Part shown: piece after piece, positions 41,598 to 51,995 of the stretch
Position numbering within the stretch: the first letter of the stretch is position 1
Layout: every line of letters begins with the position of its first letter
Source of the DNA: an uncultured Chloroflexia bacterium
GTDB taxonomy: Bacteria; Chloroflexota; Limnocylindria; Limnocylindrales; CSP1-4
Assembly (NCBI GenBank): GCA_963712735.1
Contig: CAVQIZ010000001.1
Coordinates: forward strand, 23,111 to 87,110
Length of the DNA: 64,000 bases
Direction of reading: 5' to 3'
Position numbers and translations under genes: made by a program
Notes under the pieces: model-generated
What the model saw: only the letters and a program-made list of their open reading frames with translations
Databases searched by the model: none
Told to the model about the DNA's origin: nothing

Positions 41598-44381
41598 CTA
41601 GAAGGAGATGACGCAGCCCTTGGGCTTGTCGGTGAAGCCTGGCCGACAGGTGGGCGCAGGCGCGCCGCCTCCACCACCACCGCCGTCGTTGCTGCCACCA
41701 CCGTCGTTGGTGCCACCATCATTGCTGCCGCCGGAGCTCGGTTCCTCGTCCGTGGAGGGACGTCCCGAGCCGCCTGAGTAGCAGCCACCGATTGCCGTCT
41801 TGATCGAGCCCCACGGGCTGGAAGAGCCGTTGGCCCGTCCGGCCCAGGCGTTCACGGCCGAGATCCAGGACGACGGAGCCCCGGGGTTCTCCAGTTCGGT
41901 GATGGGTGTGCCACAGGAGTAGACCGGATCCACCTGCTGGTTGCCGCCGGGCTGCGTGCCGCGGAGGAAGAGCTCCTGGCGCGTACCACCGGTGACCGTG
42001 CGGATGGAGGCCGTGACCACGCCCGACTTGGGGCGCTTGAACGTGGGCGCCGGCTTCTTGTTCATGTAGTCGCGCACGAAGGCCTGCCACGTCTTGCCGG
42101 CGTTGTCGAGCGAATAGATGGGGCGGCTCAGGTTGGGTGGCGTGCTGTCGCTGTTGCCGTACCACACGCCCACCGCCAGGGCCGGCTGCTTGGCACTCTT
42201 GGGCTGCGGCAGGAAACCGTAGGTCGAGTAGTCCTTGAGGTTGTTCGTGGTGCCGGTCTTGACAGCAAGCTCGCGCCGCTGGGCGTTCTTGGTGTTGTAC
42301 ATGGCGAAGGTTCCCGCCCAGGTTTCGTTCTCCCGGGGATCGGCGTTGCCCTTGAGGATGTCCGCGATGATGTAGGCGGTCTGCGGGCTCCACACCTGTG
42401 TGGTCACCGGCTTGCCGGCCTCGTAGATGACCTCCCCCTTGGGGCCTTCCACCTTCAGGATGTAGCGCGGGCGAGTGACCTTGCCGTTGTTGCCGAAGGC
42501 GCCGAAGGCAGCGGTCATGTCCAGCGGGCGCACCTCCACCGTGCCGATGGCACCGGCCAGGCCGGCGACGTCGAGCGACTGGTTACCGAAGGTGGGCAGG
42601 AATTCGAAGCCGGCCTTGACGGCGTACTTGCGCACGGTCTTGACCCCGACACGGTCGAGTGCGCGGATGGCCGGCACATTCAGCGACTGCTGGAGCGCCT
42701 CACGCACCTGGATGGGGCCGCGGTCGCGCGAGTCCGCGTCCTTGGGCGCCCACACCTTGCCGTCTGCCGTGCGGCCACCGAAGGGCGTCGTGATATCGAG
42801 CAGGATCGTCCCGGCGGTGAGAGCGCGGCTGTCGATGCCGCTGGCGTACACGATGGGCTTCCAGGCGGAGCCGGGCTGCCGCTTGCCCAGGCCGGCGTGG
42901 TCGTACTTGGGATCGAACTTGGTGGTGCGCGACTTGCGGTAGTAGCCAGCCGAGCCGACGTAGGCGAGGATATCTCCGGTGCGGTAGTCGAGCGCGACCA
43001 TGGCGCCGTTACGCAGGTTCAGGCCGCGCAGGTTGCCGATCCAGCCGGCGTCGCGGCCGAGCTTGTTCTTCCTGATGGCCTCGAAGTACTGGGTCGGCGG
43101 AAGGTTGGGCACGATGGCCCCGGCGTAGATGTACTTCTCGCCCAGCTGCTGCGCCTTCCAGTCCAGCGTCGTGGTGACCTTGTAGCCGCCTACGTTGTAG
43201 GGGTCGCGGTCACCCAGGATGAGGACCAGTTCCTTCAGCGCAGCCTCCACGAACTGCGGTGCCTTGTAGCGGACCTTCTGCTGCTTCTTGATGACGATCT
43301 TCTCGTCCAGCGCTTCCTGATACTGCTCTTCGGTCAGGGTGGTCCAGCGACCCTTGCCCTCGTAGAGGCGCTTGAGGATGAAGTTGCGGCGGTTGACGAG
43401 CTCGGTCTCGGTGCAGTTGGGCTTGTCGCCGCAGGCCTTGATGACCAGGCGCGTGCGCTTCTTGCCCGTGCCCTTGACGACCTTGCCGTACTTCTCCTTG
43501 GCAACGTTGGTGTACTTGCCCTTCTTGGTGGTGGCGTAGGGATAGAGGTTGCCCGGCTCCTGGGGGATGGCGGCGAGCAGGGCCGCCTCGCTGATGGTGA
43601 GCTGGTCCAGGTCCTTGCCGAAGTAGACGTCCGCCGCTGCCGCGACGCCGTAGGCGGCACCATAGGGGATCTGGTTGAGGTAGGCGGTGATGATCTGCTT
43701 CTTGCCTTCCTCTCCAGGGAATGCCTGGGTCAGCTTGTAGGCCTGCAGGATCTCCTTGGCCTTCCGCAGGTAGACACCTTCCTTGGTGTCCTGGTTGGCG
43801 ATGACGTCAGGGGGCAGCAGGCGTGCCCGCACGAGCTGCTGCGTGATGGTGGAGCCACCACCGCGCCCACCGCCTCCGGCGGCCTCCGTCACGAGCGCGT
43901 TGATGGTGGCCTCCAGGTCCACGCCCGGGTTGTCCCAGAAGGTGTCATCCTCTGTCGCTGTGGTGGCGTCGAGCACGATCTTGGGGATCTCGTCGAACTC
44001 GATGACCGAGCGGCGCTCCTCCCAGAACTTGGCCAGCTCGACGCCGTTCTTGCCGGGCCCTCTGCGGTCGTACATGACCGTCTCTTCCGCGTAGTCGATG
44101 TCGCGGAAGGCCTGGACGTCCGGCAGGCCCTCGTCGAGCGTGGCGATGGTGACGGCCGCCGCGCCACCAGCGGTGATGGCAGCGGCGGAGACCACGGTCG
44201 CGCCCGAGACGAGCAGCACGAGCAACAGGACGATGACCGCGTTGGGACCGCTGGATGCCTTCTTGCGGGCGGTGCTACGAGCGATGGCAAGACGAGCGGC
44301 GTACGAACCACGATGATAGGTCCCGTTCCCGGTTCCGTTGGTGGTTCGGACGGCGCGGCGTTTTTGTGGGCGATACGGCAT
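41598..44381 (-). CDS. Class A penicillin-binding protein (transglycosylase/transpeptidase)
   Basis: EDDTF, GGSTITQQL, RKAKE, YLNQIPYG; SxxK (SAWK), SLN, KTGTT. Confidence 0.92.
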   Translation of the reverse strand: MPYRPQKRRAVRTTNGTGNGTYHRGSYAARLAIARSTARKKASSGPNAVIVLLLVLLVSGATVVSAAAITAGGAAAVTIATLDEGLPDVQAFRDIDYAEETVMYDRRGPGKNGVELAKFWEERRSVIEFDEIPKIVLDATTATEDDTFWDNPGVDLEATINALVTEAAGGGGRGGGSTITQQLVRARLLPPDVIANQDTKEGVYLRKAKEILQAYKLTQAFPGEEGKKQIITAYLNQIPYGAAYGVAAAADVYFGKDLDQLTISEAALLAAIPQEPGNLYPYATTKKGKYTNVAKEKYGKVVKGTGKKRTRLVIKACGDKPNCTETELVNRRNFILKRLYEGKGRWTTLTEEQYQEALDEKIVIKKQQKVRYKAPQFVEAALKELVLILGDRDPYNVGGYKVTTTLDWKAQQLGEKYIYAGAIVPNLPPTQYFEAIRKNKLGRDAGWIGNLRGLNLRNGAMVALDYRTGDILAYVGSAGYYRKSRTTKFDPKYDHAGLGKRQPGSAWKPIVYASGIDSRALTAGTILLDITTPFGGRTADGKVWAPKDADSRDRGPIQVREALQQSLNVPAIRALDRVGVKTVRKYAVKAGFEFLPTFGNQSLDVAGLAGAIGTVEVRPLDMTAAFGAFGNNGKVTRPRYILKVEGPKGEVIYEAGKPVTTQVWSPQTAYIIADILKGNADPRENETWAGTFAMYNTKNAQRRELAVKTGTTNNLKDYSTYGFLPQPKSAKQPALAVGVWYGNSDSTPPNLSRPIYSLDNAGKTWQAFVRDYMNKKPAPTFKRPKSGVVTASIRTVTGGTRQELFLRGTQPGGNQQVDPVYSCGTPITELENPGAPSSWISAVNAWAGRANGSSSPWGSIKTAIGGCYSGGSGRPSTDEEPSSGGSNDGGTNDGGGSNDGGGGGGGAPAPTCRPGFTDKPKGCVISF

Positions 44382-44456
44382 GCACCGGAGATTGTGCCCG
44401 ACCTTGGCCGATGATGGGTGTTCTGAAGATGAAGGTTCCGACATCTTTGGGTGAGG

Positions 44457-45364
44457 ATGGTCCTGGTACCGGGCAGTGCAGGCCCTTGCGGGGCGCTCGC
44501 CGGCGTCGATTCCGGGCGGCGCTGCTGGCGTGGTACGGCCCTCGTGCCCGCGACCTGCGCATCCGCACGACCCGTGACCCGTGGGCCATCCTGGTCTCGG
44601 AGGTCATGGCCCAGCAGACCCAGATCTCGCGCGTGGATGCCGCCTGGATGACGTTCATCCAGCGCTATCCCACCCCGGGCTCGCTGGCGGCGGCACCGAC
44701 GGCGGACGTGCGTGCGGGCCTGGTCGGGGCTGGGCTACAACCGACGCGCCGTCAACCTGCAGCGCGCGGCCGCCGCCATCGTGGCCGAGCACGCGGGCGC
44801 CGTGCCGGCCGACATCGTCGCACTGCGCGCGCTACCTGGCGTGGGACCCTACACCGCTCACGCGGTGGCCGCCATCGCCTTCGGCATCCCGGTGGCTGCG
44901 GTCGACACCAACGTCCGGCGCGTCGTGACCCGACTGCTGGGCCGGCCGCTCACCCCGTCAGCGCTCCAGGCCGAGGCCGACGCCTGGTGGCCCAAGACGA
45001 TGTGGCGACGTGGACGCACGCCATGATGGAGCTGGGTGCCACCGTCTGCGTCGCGCGCCGACCACGCTGCGAGGTGTGCCCTGCGCGAACCTTCTGCGCC
45101 AGCGTCGGGACCCCGGGCCCCGCGCAGGACCGGGGTTCGAGACCCCTGGGCAGCGCCGCGGAGCCGTCATTCGAGCAGACGACACGCTGGTTGCGCGGAC
45201 GTATCGTGGAGCGACTGCGCGGGCTCGGCGAGGGTGCCTGGACTCGCTTGCCCGGCACCATCGGCAGCCACGGCCCGGCCGAGGTGGAGGCCGCCGTGGC
45301 CAGCCTTGAGCGTGACGGTCTGCTCCAACGGCACTCGGACGGATCGGTGCGCCTACCATCGTGA
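44457..45364 (+). CDS. mutY: A/G-specific adenine glycosylase (frameshifted; start approximate)
   Basis: LVSEVMAQQTQ, WSGLGY, LPGVGPYTA, VDTNVRRV, CVARRPRCEVCP...C. Confidence 0.88.
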
Positions 45365-46176
45365 GCGCCATGACCATCACCCACGACCCTGCCACGGGAC
45401 TGCTGCTGCCTGCCGCCGACGATGGCCTCTTCGGCCACGACATCGACATCGATGCCCTGACAGCGCGTTGGGCGCGACAGTCCGCGCTGGAGCCCATGAG
45501 TGGCGAGGAGATGCGCGGTGCCGACGCGCGCGCCCAGCGCATGGGTACTCCCGGTGAGTGGCTGATGGAGCAGGCGGGGACCGCGACCGCGGCCGCGGCA
45601 CGGGCACTGATGGTCTCTACCGACCGTCCCCGCAGCTCGCTCATCCTCGTGCTTTGCGGGCCCGGAAACAACGGTGGCGATGGGCTGGTAGCGGCGCGCC
45701 GGTTGGCGGAGCAGGGCATCAGCTCGGAGGTCGTGCTGCTGTCGAGCAGCGGCCGGCCAAGCACGCCGGACGCCGCGCTCAACTGGGATCGGCTCGACGA
45801 GCTCGACCGTATCCACCGTGTCTCCACGGCCCGCGACAGCGACGTCGCGCTCTATCTCAACGGCATCGAGCGTGCCGGCCTGATCATCGACGCGCTGCTG
45901 GGCAGTGGCATCCGGGGACCGCTGCGCGAGCCCGTGCGCACGGCCGTGGACGTGGCGGTGCGAGCACGCGAGCAGCAGGTGCCGGTGCTGGCAGTGGATA
46001 CGCCGACCTCGGTCGACCTTTCGACGGGCGAGCCCTCCGATCCGGTCGTGCGGGCGGATGTCACCATCACCTTCCACCGGCCCAAGAAGGGCCACCGCGG
46101 TCGCCTCGGTCGTATCCTCGCAGGCCGCGTGCTCGTCGCGCCCATCGGCATCCCGCTGCTGGCTGATCACGGCTAG
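45361..46176 (+). CDS. nnrE: NAD(P)H-hydrate epimerase (stand-alone YjeF-N)
   Basis: LMEQAG, CGPGNNGGDG, IIDALLGSG, AVDTPT, TITF..PK. Confidence 0.9.
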   Translation: MSAMTITHDPATGLLLPAADDGLFGHDIDIDALTARWARQSALEPMSGEEMRGADARAQRMGTPGEWLMEQAGTATAAAARALMVSTDRPRSSLILVLCGPGNNGGDGLVAARRLAEQGISSEVVLLSSSGRPSTPDAALNWDRLDELDRIHRVSTARDSDVALYLNGIERAGLIIDALLGSGIRGPLREPVRTAVDVAVRAREQQVPVLAVDTPTSVDLSTGEPSDPVVRADVTITFHRPKKGHRGRLGRILAGRVLVAPIGIPLLADHG

Positions 46177-46179
46177 CCC

Positions 46180-46383
46180 ATGACGCAACCCCGGCGCGCG
46201 CCTGGTGATCGGCGCGTGGTCCTGCTCATCGTCGTGCTTGTGGGGGCTGTGCTGGCACTGAACCTGCTGAGCGCCCTGGTCCCCCAGCTCGATGTGGCCC
46301 TGGGATCGGCACCCATCGTCGTCGTCGGGCTGGTGGCCGGGACCGGCCTGGTCCTGCTGCGGTTGCTGTGGCGCAAGGACTGA
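46180..46383 (+). CDS. Small two-TM membrane protein
   Basis: 67-aa ORF directly after nnrE with two hydrophobic helices. Confidence 0.6.
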   Translation: MTQPRRAPGDRRVVLLIVVLVGAVLALNLLSALVPQLDVALGSAPIVVVGLVAGTGLVLLRLLWRKD

Positions 46384-46478
46384 GATGCGGTGAGCGGGGC
46401 GCGGCGGCCGGGGTAAGCACTCCGGCCAGTGGCAACCCTCGGGTGCGCGACGACCGGGGCGGCGAGGCTCGGGTGGCG

Positions 46479-47120
46479 CTACGACTCGGGCGGTGGGATG
46501 GGCTGCCGGTCACCGGCTGAGAACCGCAGTTCCGTGCCCGCCTGCAGCCGCGCGATGTTGTCGCGGTGTGCCACCCAGACGATGATCTCGCCGGGGATGA
46601 CGTAGAGCAGCCAGCCCACATCGAGCCAGCCCGCCAGGACCGCCACCACGACGATGCCGGCGCCGAAGGCGGTCGCGAGGATGGACGCGAGCGAGACGTA
46701 GCGCGTGGCCCAGATGACGATGACGAAGGCAGGCAGCGCCAGCAACACGATCCAGGGCGAGATGGCCAGCATGCCGCCGACGCCGGTGGCCACGCCGCGG
46801 CCGCCGTGGAAGCGCAGGAACACCGACTTCCAGCTGCCCAGGACCGCTGCCAGGCCGGTGATGGCCTGCACCTCGACGGGCACATCGGCGAAACGGGCGA
46901 TGAGGATGGGCACGGCGCCCTTGGCAAGGTCGAGAAGGGCCACGGCGATGGCACGCCCCCAGCCACCCGCGCGCAGCATGTTGGTGCCACCGGTGCGGCC
47001 CGATCCCACCGTGCGCGGGTCGATGCCACCGGTGAGGCGCGCCACGATGACGCCCATCGGCAGGGAGCCGATGAGATAGCCCATCGCGAGCAGCAGCAGG
47101 GTCAGAGGTACATCAACCAC
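46479..47120 (-). CDS. plsY: Glycerol-3-phosphate acyltransferase PlsY, copy 1
   Basis: GYLIGSLP, GSGRTGGTN, DLAKG, GGRGVAT, YVSLAS, HRDNI. Confidence 0.92.
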   Translation of the reverse strand: MVDVPLTLLLLAMGYLIGSLPMGVIVARLTGGIDPRTVGSGRTGGTNMLRAGGWGRAIAVALLDLAKGAVPILIARFADVPVEVQAITGLAAVLGSWKSVFLRFHGGRGVATGVGGMLAISPWIVLLALPAFVIVIWATRYVSLASILATAFGAGIVVVAVLAGWLDVGWLLYVIPGEIIVWVAHRDNIARLQAGTELRFSAGDRQPIPPPES

Positions 47121-47177
47121 GTCCTTCGAGTATAGGTTCGGAGAGCATCCCGAACGGGCCCACCCGAACGGTGGGGG

Positions 47178-47822
47178 CTACCCTGCGCCCTTGGTACGGG
47201 GTGCGTCGGGGACCCCTCGCTCCACCCGGGGCTCGGTGCCAGCACGGATGCGGCCGATGTTCTCGCGGTGTGCGAGCCAGATGAGGGCGGCGCTGGGCGT
47301 CACGTACAGGAGCCATGCCGGGTCGAGGCTGCCGACGGCGGCCAGGACCGCTACGACCGCGACGACGACGACGGTCGCGATGAGCGAGGCCAGCGAGATG
47401 AGCCCGGTCCGCCGGATGACGACGGCATAGAGCGGCAGGCACAGGATCGCCACCACCGGTGATGCCACGATGAGGCCACCGAACCAGGTGCCAACACCGC
47501 GGCCGCCGCCGAACCCGATGTAGACCGACTTCCAGCTGCCCGCCACCGCCGCCACGCCGGTCAGCGCCTGCACCGCGACATCGGCGCCCAGGAGGCGGGC
47601 GATGAGGATGGGGACCGCGCCCTTGAGCACGTCGAGCAGCGCCACGGCCATGCCCCGCGCTGCCCCCATGGCCCGTCGCGCGTTGGTGCTGCCGGTGCGG
47701 CCGGTGCCGACGGTGCGGGGGTCGGTGCCGCCGCTCAGACGGGCCACGATGACGCCCATCGGCAGTGCGCCGATGAGGTAGCCCAGCGCGAGCAGCGCGA
47801 TCGTCAGCGGAGGTCCGTCCAC
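47178..47822 (-). CDS. plsY: Glycerol-3-phosphate acyltransferase PlsY, copy 2
   Basis: GYLIGALP, GTGRTGSTN, DVLKG, GGRGVGT, HRENI. Confidence 0.9.
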   Translation of the reverse strand: MDGPPLTIALLALGYLIGALPMGVIVARLSGGTDPRTVGTGRTGSTNARRAMGAARGMAVALLDVLKGAVPILIARLLGADVAVQALTGVAAVAGSWKSVYIGFGGGRGVGTWFGGLIVASPVVAILCLPLYAVVIRRTGLISLASLIATVVVVAVVAVLAAVGSLDPAWLLYVTPSAALIWLAHRENIGRIRAGTEPRVERGVPDAPRTKGAG

Positions 47823-47914
47823 GGCGGCCGAGTATAGGTCGCTCGTCGGTCACCCCCGTGGACCCTTTGCTACCATCGAGCGCGTCCGCACCATCCGACA
47901 TCCCGAGGTCCACC

Positions 47915-49348
47915 GTGCCCAACGAAACCCAGTCCTTCGACATCATCGTCCTCGGTGGCGGCACCGGCGGCTACGGCGCCGCGTTCCGTGCCGGCCAGCT
48001 GGGGCTCAAGGTCGCGCTCGTCGACGACAACCCCAGCGGGCTCGGGGGCACCTGTCTGCACATCGGCTGCATCCCGACCAAGGCCATGCTCGCCTCCGCC
48101 GACCTCATCGACCGCATCCGGCACGCCGCCGAGTTCGGCGTCTCTGCCGGCGAACCGGTCGTGGACGCCGAGGCCATCGCCGCACGTCGCGACAAGATCG
48201 TGGCCCGGCTGGTCAAGGGCGTCACCAGCCTGACCAGGAAGAACAAGGTCGAGTACGTGGTGGGGCGCGGCCGGCTCGAGGGCCCGCAGCAGGTGCGCGT
48301 CAAGACCATCGATGCCGAGGGCAAGCCGAGCGGCGAGCGCATCCTGAAGGCGAAGGACGTCATCGTGGCCACGGGCTCACGCGTGAAGTCGTTGCCCGGC
48401 CTGGTCCCCGATGGTGTGCACATCGTCACCTCCGACGATGTGCTGCGCTCGGCGCACGTACCGGCGTCGATCATCGTCGTGGGTGCTGGTGCGGTGGGCA
48501 TCGAGTTCGCCAGCTACTACGCCGACGTCGGTTGCGAGGTCACCGTGCTCGAGTACCTGCCCGCGCTGGTGCCACTGGAAGATGCCGACGTCAGCAAGGA
48601 GATGGAGCGCGCCTTCAAGCGGCGCGGCATCAACGTCATCACCTCCGCACGCTTCGACACCTCGGCGGTGAAGGCCGACGACTCCGGCGTCAGCCTGCTG
48701 GTGGGCAGGGAGGGCGAGGAGCCATCGGAGCTGCGCGCTGAGCAGATGCTGGTTGCCACGGGGCGTGCCGCCAACGTCGAGAACATCGGCCTGGAGACCA
48801 CGCGGGCCCAGGTCGACCGTGGCGTCATCAAGGTCGACGGCCGGATGCGCACGGCCGATCCGCACCTCTATGCCGTCGGCGACGTGATCGGGGGTCTCTG
48901 GCTGGCGCATGTGGCCACGCACGAGGGCATCGCCGCGGTGCACGCCATCGCCGGCGAGGAGGTCGAGGAGATCGACTACGTGAAGATGCCGCGGGCGACG
49001 TACTCGCGGCCGCAGGTGGCGTCGATCGGGCTGACCTCGCAGCAGTGTGCGGAGCGCGGCATCAAGACGAGGGTCGGCAAGATGCCGATGCAGGCCAGCG
49101 GCAAGGCCGTCATCGAGGGCGACACGACGGGCTTCGTGAAGGTCATCGCCGATGCCGAGACAGACGAGCTGCTGGGCGTACACATGATCGGCCACGACGT
49201 CACGGAGCTCATCGCCGAGTCGTCCACGGCGATGCTGCTGGAGGCCACGGCCTGGGAGGTCGGCTCCGCGGTCCATCCTCACCCCACGCTCTCGGAGGCG
49301 ATGGGCGAGGCGGCCATGGCGGTGGACGGGAAGTCGATCAACTTCTAG
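47915..49348 (+). CDS. lpdA: Dihydrolipoyl dehydrogenase
   Basis: GGTCLHIGCIPTK, GAGAVGIE, HPHPTLSE. Confidence 0.95.
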   Translation: MPNETQSFDIIVLGGGTGGYGAAFRAGQLGLKVALVDDNPSGLGGTCLHIGCIPTKAMLASADLIDRIRHAAEFGVSAGEPVVDAEAIAARRDKIVARLVKGVTSLTRKNKVEYVVGRGRLEGPQQVRVKTIDAEGKPSGERILKAKDVIVATGSRVKSLPGLVPDGVHIVTSDDVLRSAHVPASIIVVGAGAVGIEFASYYADVGCEVTVLEYLPALVPLEDADVSKEMERAFKRRGINVITSARFDTSAVKADDSGVSLLVGREGEEPSELRAEQMLVATGRAANVENIGLETTRAQVDRGVIKVDGRMRTADPHLYAVGDVIGGLWLAHVATHEGIAAVHAIAGEEVEEIDYVKMPRATYSRPQVASIGLTSQQCAERGIKTRVGKMPMQASGKAVIEGDTTGFVKVIADAETDELLGVHMIGHDVTELIAESSTAMLLEATAWEVGSAVHPHPTLSEAMGEAAMAVDGKSINF

Positions 49349-49460
49349 GCGCCGCCTGCGGGCGGCAGCCAGGCTCGGCATCGGCGCCGGGCGTCGCGCC
49401 AGCTGGGCATCTGCGGGCCGACGCCCAGCAGCGAGCCGTCGCCTGCTCGGCAGCGGCGGC

Positions 49461-49532
49461 CCGCTGGCCGGCTAGCCGCCGTTGTCCTGCGAGCCGCCGT
49501 TGTCCTGCCAGCCGACGCTGTCCTGCCAGCCG
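49461..49532. repeat. Four tandem 18-bp repeats
   Basis: ccgctggccggctagccg / ccgttgtcctgcgagccg / ccgttgtcctgccagccg / acgctgtcctgccagccg. Confidence 0.85.
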
Positions 49533-49545
49533 CGCCAGGTTCTGG

Positions 49546-50361
49546 TCATCCGTCCGGCTGAGGACCCGTAGACGCACCGTCGGCCGGCTGGGGATGCCTG
49601 GAGCCTGTAGTCGACGATATGCCACTCTCGATGTGGGCTTCGCGCGGGACTCGGACGCGCCTGGTCTGGCTGACCGTCCGCCTAACGGCCCCAGCGCGGA
49701 CATCTGACCAGAAGCTGAGAGCGGAGATCGAGCCTGTGGGTGCTGCGAGCCAGGAGCGCATCGCATGCCCGTCGGCAGGGAAGGCGGTACGAAGCAGCCC
49801 TCTGTGGCGTTCCACGCGACGCCGGTTGGTACTGCCTTCGCTCAACACCACCCAGTTGCTGATCGTCGCCGCGTCCCAACCGAAGCGGGCCGCGATCTTG
49901 CGGGCCAGCCTCGTACGACGGTCCATCGTGGCAACCAGCTCCTGCGGGTCGGCGAGCTCGGTCTTGAGCTCGATGATCAGGAGGCTACGGGTGGGCGCGT
50001 GCCACGCCAGGATGTCGATCACCCCGCGCTCGCCGAAGACCGAGAAGCTGACCTCTCCGCGCCACTGCCACCCGGTGCGGCGGGCGAGCAGTCTCGAGAG
50101 CGCCTCATGGAGGTCGGCGTGAGCGGCGTTCGCTACCCGATCGAGTTCGGCGCCCTGCCATCGAAGCTTCACGTCCACGGTCGCGCCGAGGGCGGCGGCC
50201 ACAGCCCGCACGACGTCCAGCCGTGTTCTGCCCAAGGCGCCATGTTCGAGACGGCTCAGCGTCTCTCTCCGCACCCCCGCACGGCGGGCGACGTCGGACT
50301 GGCGCAGGTGCTTGCGGATACGGATGAGGCGAAGGGTGCTGCCGATGCGCACGTCGTCCAT
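49546..50361 (-). CDS. XRE-family HTH fused to a PD-(D/E)XK-like nuclease domain
   Basis: LRQSDVARRAGVRRETLSRLEHG; GVIDILAWH...LLIIELKT. Confidence 0.72.
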   Translation of the reverse strand: MDDVRIGSTLRLIRIRKHLRQSDVARRAGVRRETLSRLEHGALGRTRLDVVRAVAAALGATVDVKLRWQGAELDRVANAAHADLHEALSRLLARRTGWQWRGEVSFSVFGERGVIDILAWHAPTRSLLIIELKTELADPQELVATMDRRTRLARKIAARFGWDAATISNWVVLSEGSTNRRRVERHRGLLRTAFPADGHAMRSWLAAPTGSISALSFWSDVRAGAVRRTVSQTRRVRVPREAHIESGISSTTGSRHPQPADGASTGPQPDG

Positions 50362-50617
50362 GCCACCATGCTGATGATCGGCTCTTCTCCACGACTTGGC
50401 ACGGGATGCAATGGCTCGACCTCAGTCGGGTGCGGTGCCCAGCCCGGCTCAACCACGTGGCTCAGCCCGGCGCTACCGCAAGGCTCACCAGGGCGCTGCT
50501 GTCGGGCTCAGTCGGCGTCGACGCCGGGCCCGAACCGGGCCTGCCGCTATCATGAGCGGCCTTGATGCTTGTAGCGCCCACAACGATCCAGCGAACGAAC
50601 TTCCCAGGAGTCGACTC

Positions 50618-51991
50618 ATGCCCCAGGTGACCATGCCCCAGCTCGGTGAAGGCGTCGAAGAGGGCACCATCGGGAAGTGGCTCAAGGGCGTGGGCGACCA
50701 CGTCCGCATCGGCGACCCGCTAGTGGAGGTCGTGACCGATAAGGTCAACGCCGAGGTGCCGTCGCCCTTCGAGGGCACGCTGACGCAGATCCTCGTGGGC
50801 GAGGGCGACACGGTCGCCAACGACGCGCCCATCGCGGAGGTGGAAGCTGCCGGAGCCGCTGAGGCTGCCGCCGCTGCCCCCGCAGCTGCCGACGCTGCCG
50901 ATGTGCCCGAGAAGGCCGCTCCTGCGCCCGAAGCAGCCGCTGCGCCCGCGACGCCGGCCGCCGAGCCGCAGGCCGCCGAGCCGGCCCCCGCACCCCTGCC
51001 ACAGCCAGCCACGCCAGCCCCCGCACCTGCCCCGGCCCGCAGTACGGCGGTCGCCGTGCCCAGCAACATCCGCATGACGCCAGCCGTACGACGTCTGGCA
51101 CGCGAGCTGAACGTGGACGTCACCGCCATCGCCGGTTCCGGCAAGGGCGGGCGTATCACGCGCGGGGACGTCGAGACCGCCGCCGCAGCCCCCGCCGCCT
51201 CGGCCCAGGCCGCCAGCGCTGCCACTCCCGCCCCGGCTGGCTCCTCTGCCCGCGTGGCCGCCGACCTCACCGACTCCCCCGTCAAGCACGGCGACTCGCT
51301 CAAGCAGCTCTCGCCCATGCGCAAGGCCATCGCCAGGCACATGGAGCGCTTCCTCGAGGTGCCCGCCGCGTACATCACCATCGAGGTCGACATGACACCC
51401 GTGGTGAAGGCGCGTGCCGCCATCAACGCCGACTACAAGTCGCGCGAGGGCATGTCGATGAGCTACGTGGCCTACATGACCAAGGCCTGCGTGGAGGCTC
51501 TGCGCAAGTACCCCGACTTCAACGCCCATTGGACCGCGGAAGGCCACTGGCGGCGCAAGGCGGTCAACATCGGCATCGCCGTAGCGGTCGACGACGGCCT
51601 CGTCGTGCCGGTCATCAAGAACGCGGAGAACCTCAGCCTCCACGGCCTCAACGCTGCCATCAACGATCTGGCCACCCGCGCCCGCAACAAGAAGCTGCGC
51701 CCCGAGGACCTCGAGGGGGGCACCTTCACCGTCGACAACACCGGCTGGACCGGCTCCATCCTGACGCTGCCCATCATCAACGTGCCCGAGGTCGCCATCA
51801 TCACGATGGAGAAGATCGTCAAGCGACCCGTCGTGCTGGAGGACCAGGGCGACGCCATCGCGGTCCGCTCGATGATGAACATGTGTATCGCCATCGACCA
51901 TCGGGCCACCGACGGCGCCCAGGCGGGCGCCTTCCTGCAGGACGTTGCGGCATGGCTGGGTGCGGTCGACCAAGACACCCCCATCTGGTAG
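50618..51991 (+). CDS. 2-oxoacid dehydrogenase E2 (dihydrolipoamide acyltransferase)
   Basis: Lipoyl [30 protein letters not shown]. Confidence 0.93.
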   Translation: MPQVTMPQLGEGVEEGTIGKWLKGVGDHVRIGDPLVEVVTDKVNAEVPSPFEGTLTQILVGEGDTVANDAPIAEVEAAGAAEAAAAAPAAADAADVPEKAAPAPEAAAAPATPAAEPQAAEPAPAPLPQPATPAPAPAPARSTAVAVPSNIRMTPAVRRLARELNVDVTAIAGSGKGGRITRGDVETAAAAPAASAQAASAATPAPAGSSARVAADLTDSPVKHGDSLKQLSPMRKAIARHMERFLEVPAAYITIEVDMTPVVKARAAINADYKSREGMSMSYVAYMTKACVEALRKYPDFNAHWTAEGHWRRKAVNIGIAVAVDDGLVVPVIKNAENLSLHGLNAAINDLATRARNKKLRPEDLEGGTFTVDNTGWTGSILTLPIINVPEVAIITMEKIVKRPVVLEDQGDAIAVRSMMNMCIAIDHRATDGAQAGAFLQDVAAWLGAVDQDTPIW

Positions 51992-51995
51992 CGCC

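Noticed and set aside
49461-49532. CRISPR-like array
   Set aside because: The units are contiguous 18-mers without spacers and there are no cas genes
49472-49549. 25-aa minus-strand ORF MTRTWRGWQDSVGWQDNGGSQDNGG overlapping the nuclease stop (ATGA)
   Set aside because: Repeat substitutions are non-synonymous in this frame and one creates its stop codon
50845-51260. Ala/Pro-rich quasi-repeats
   Set aside because: These are the normal flexible linkers of an E2 subunit
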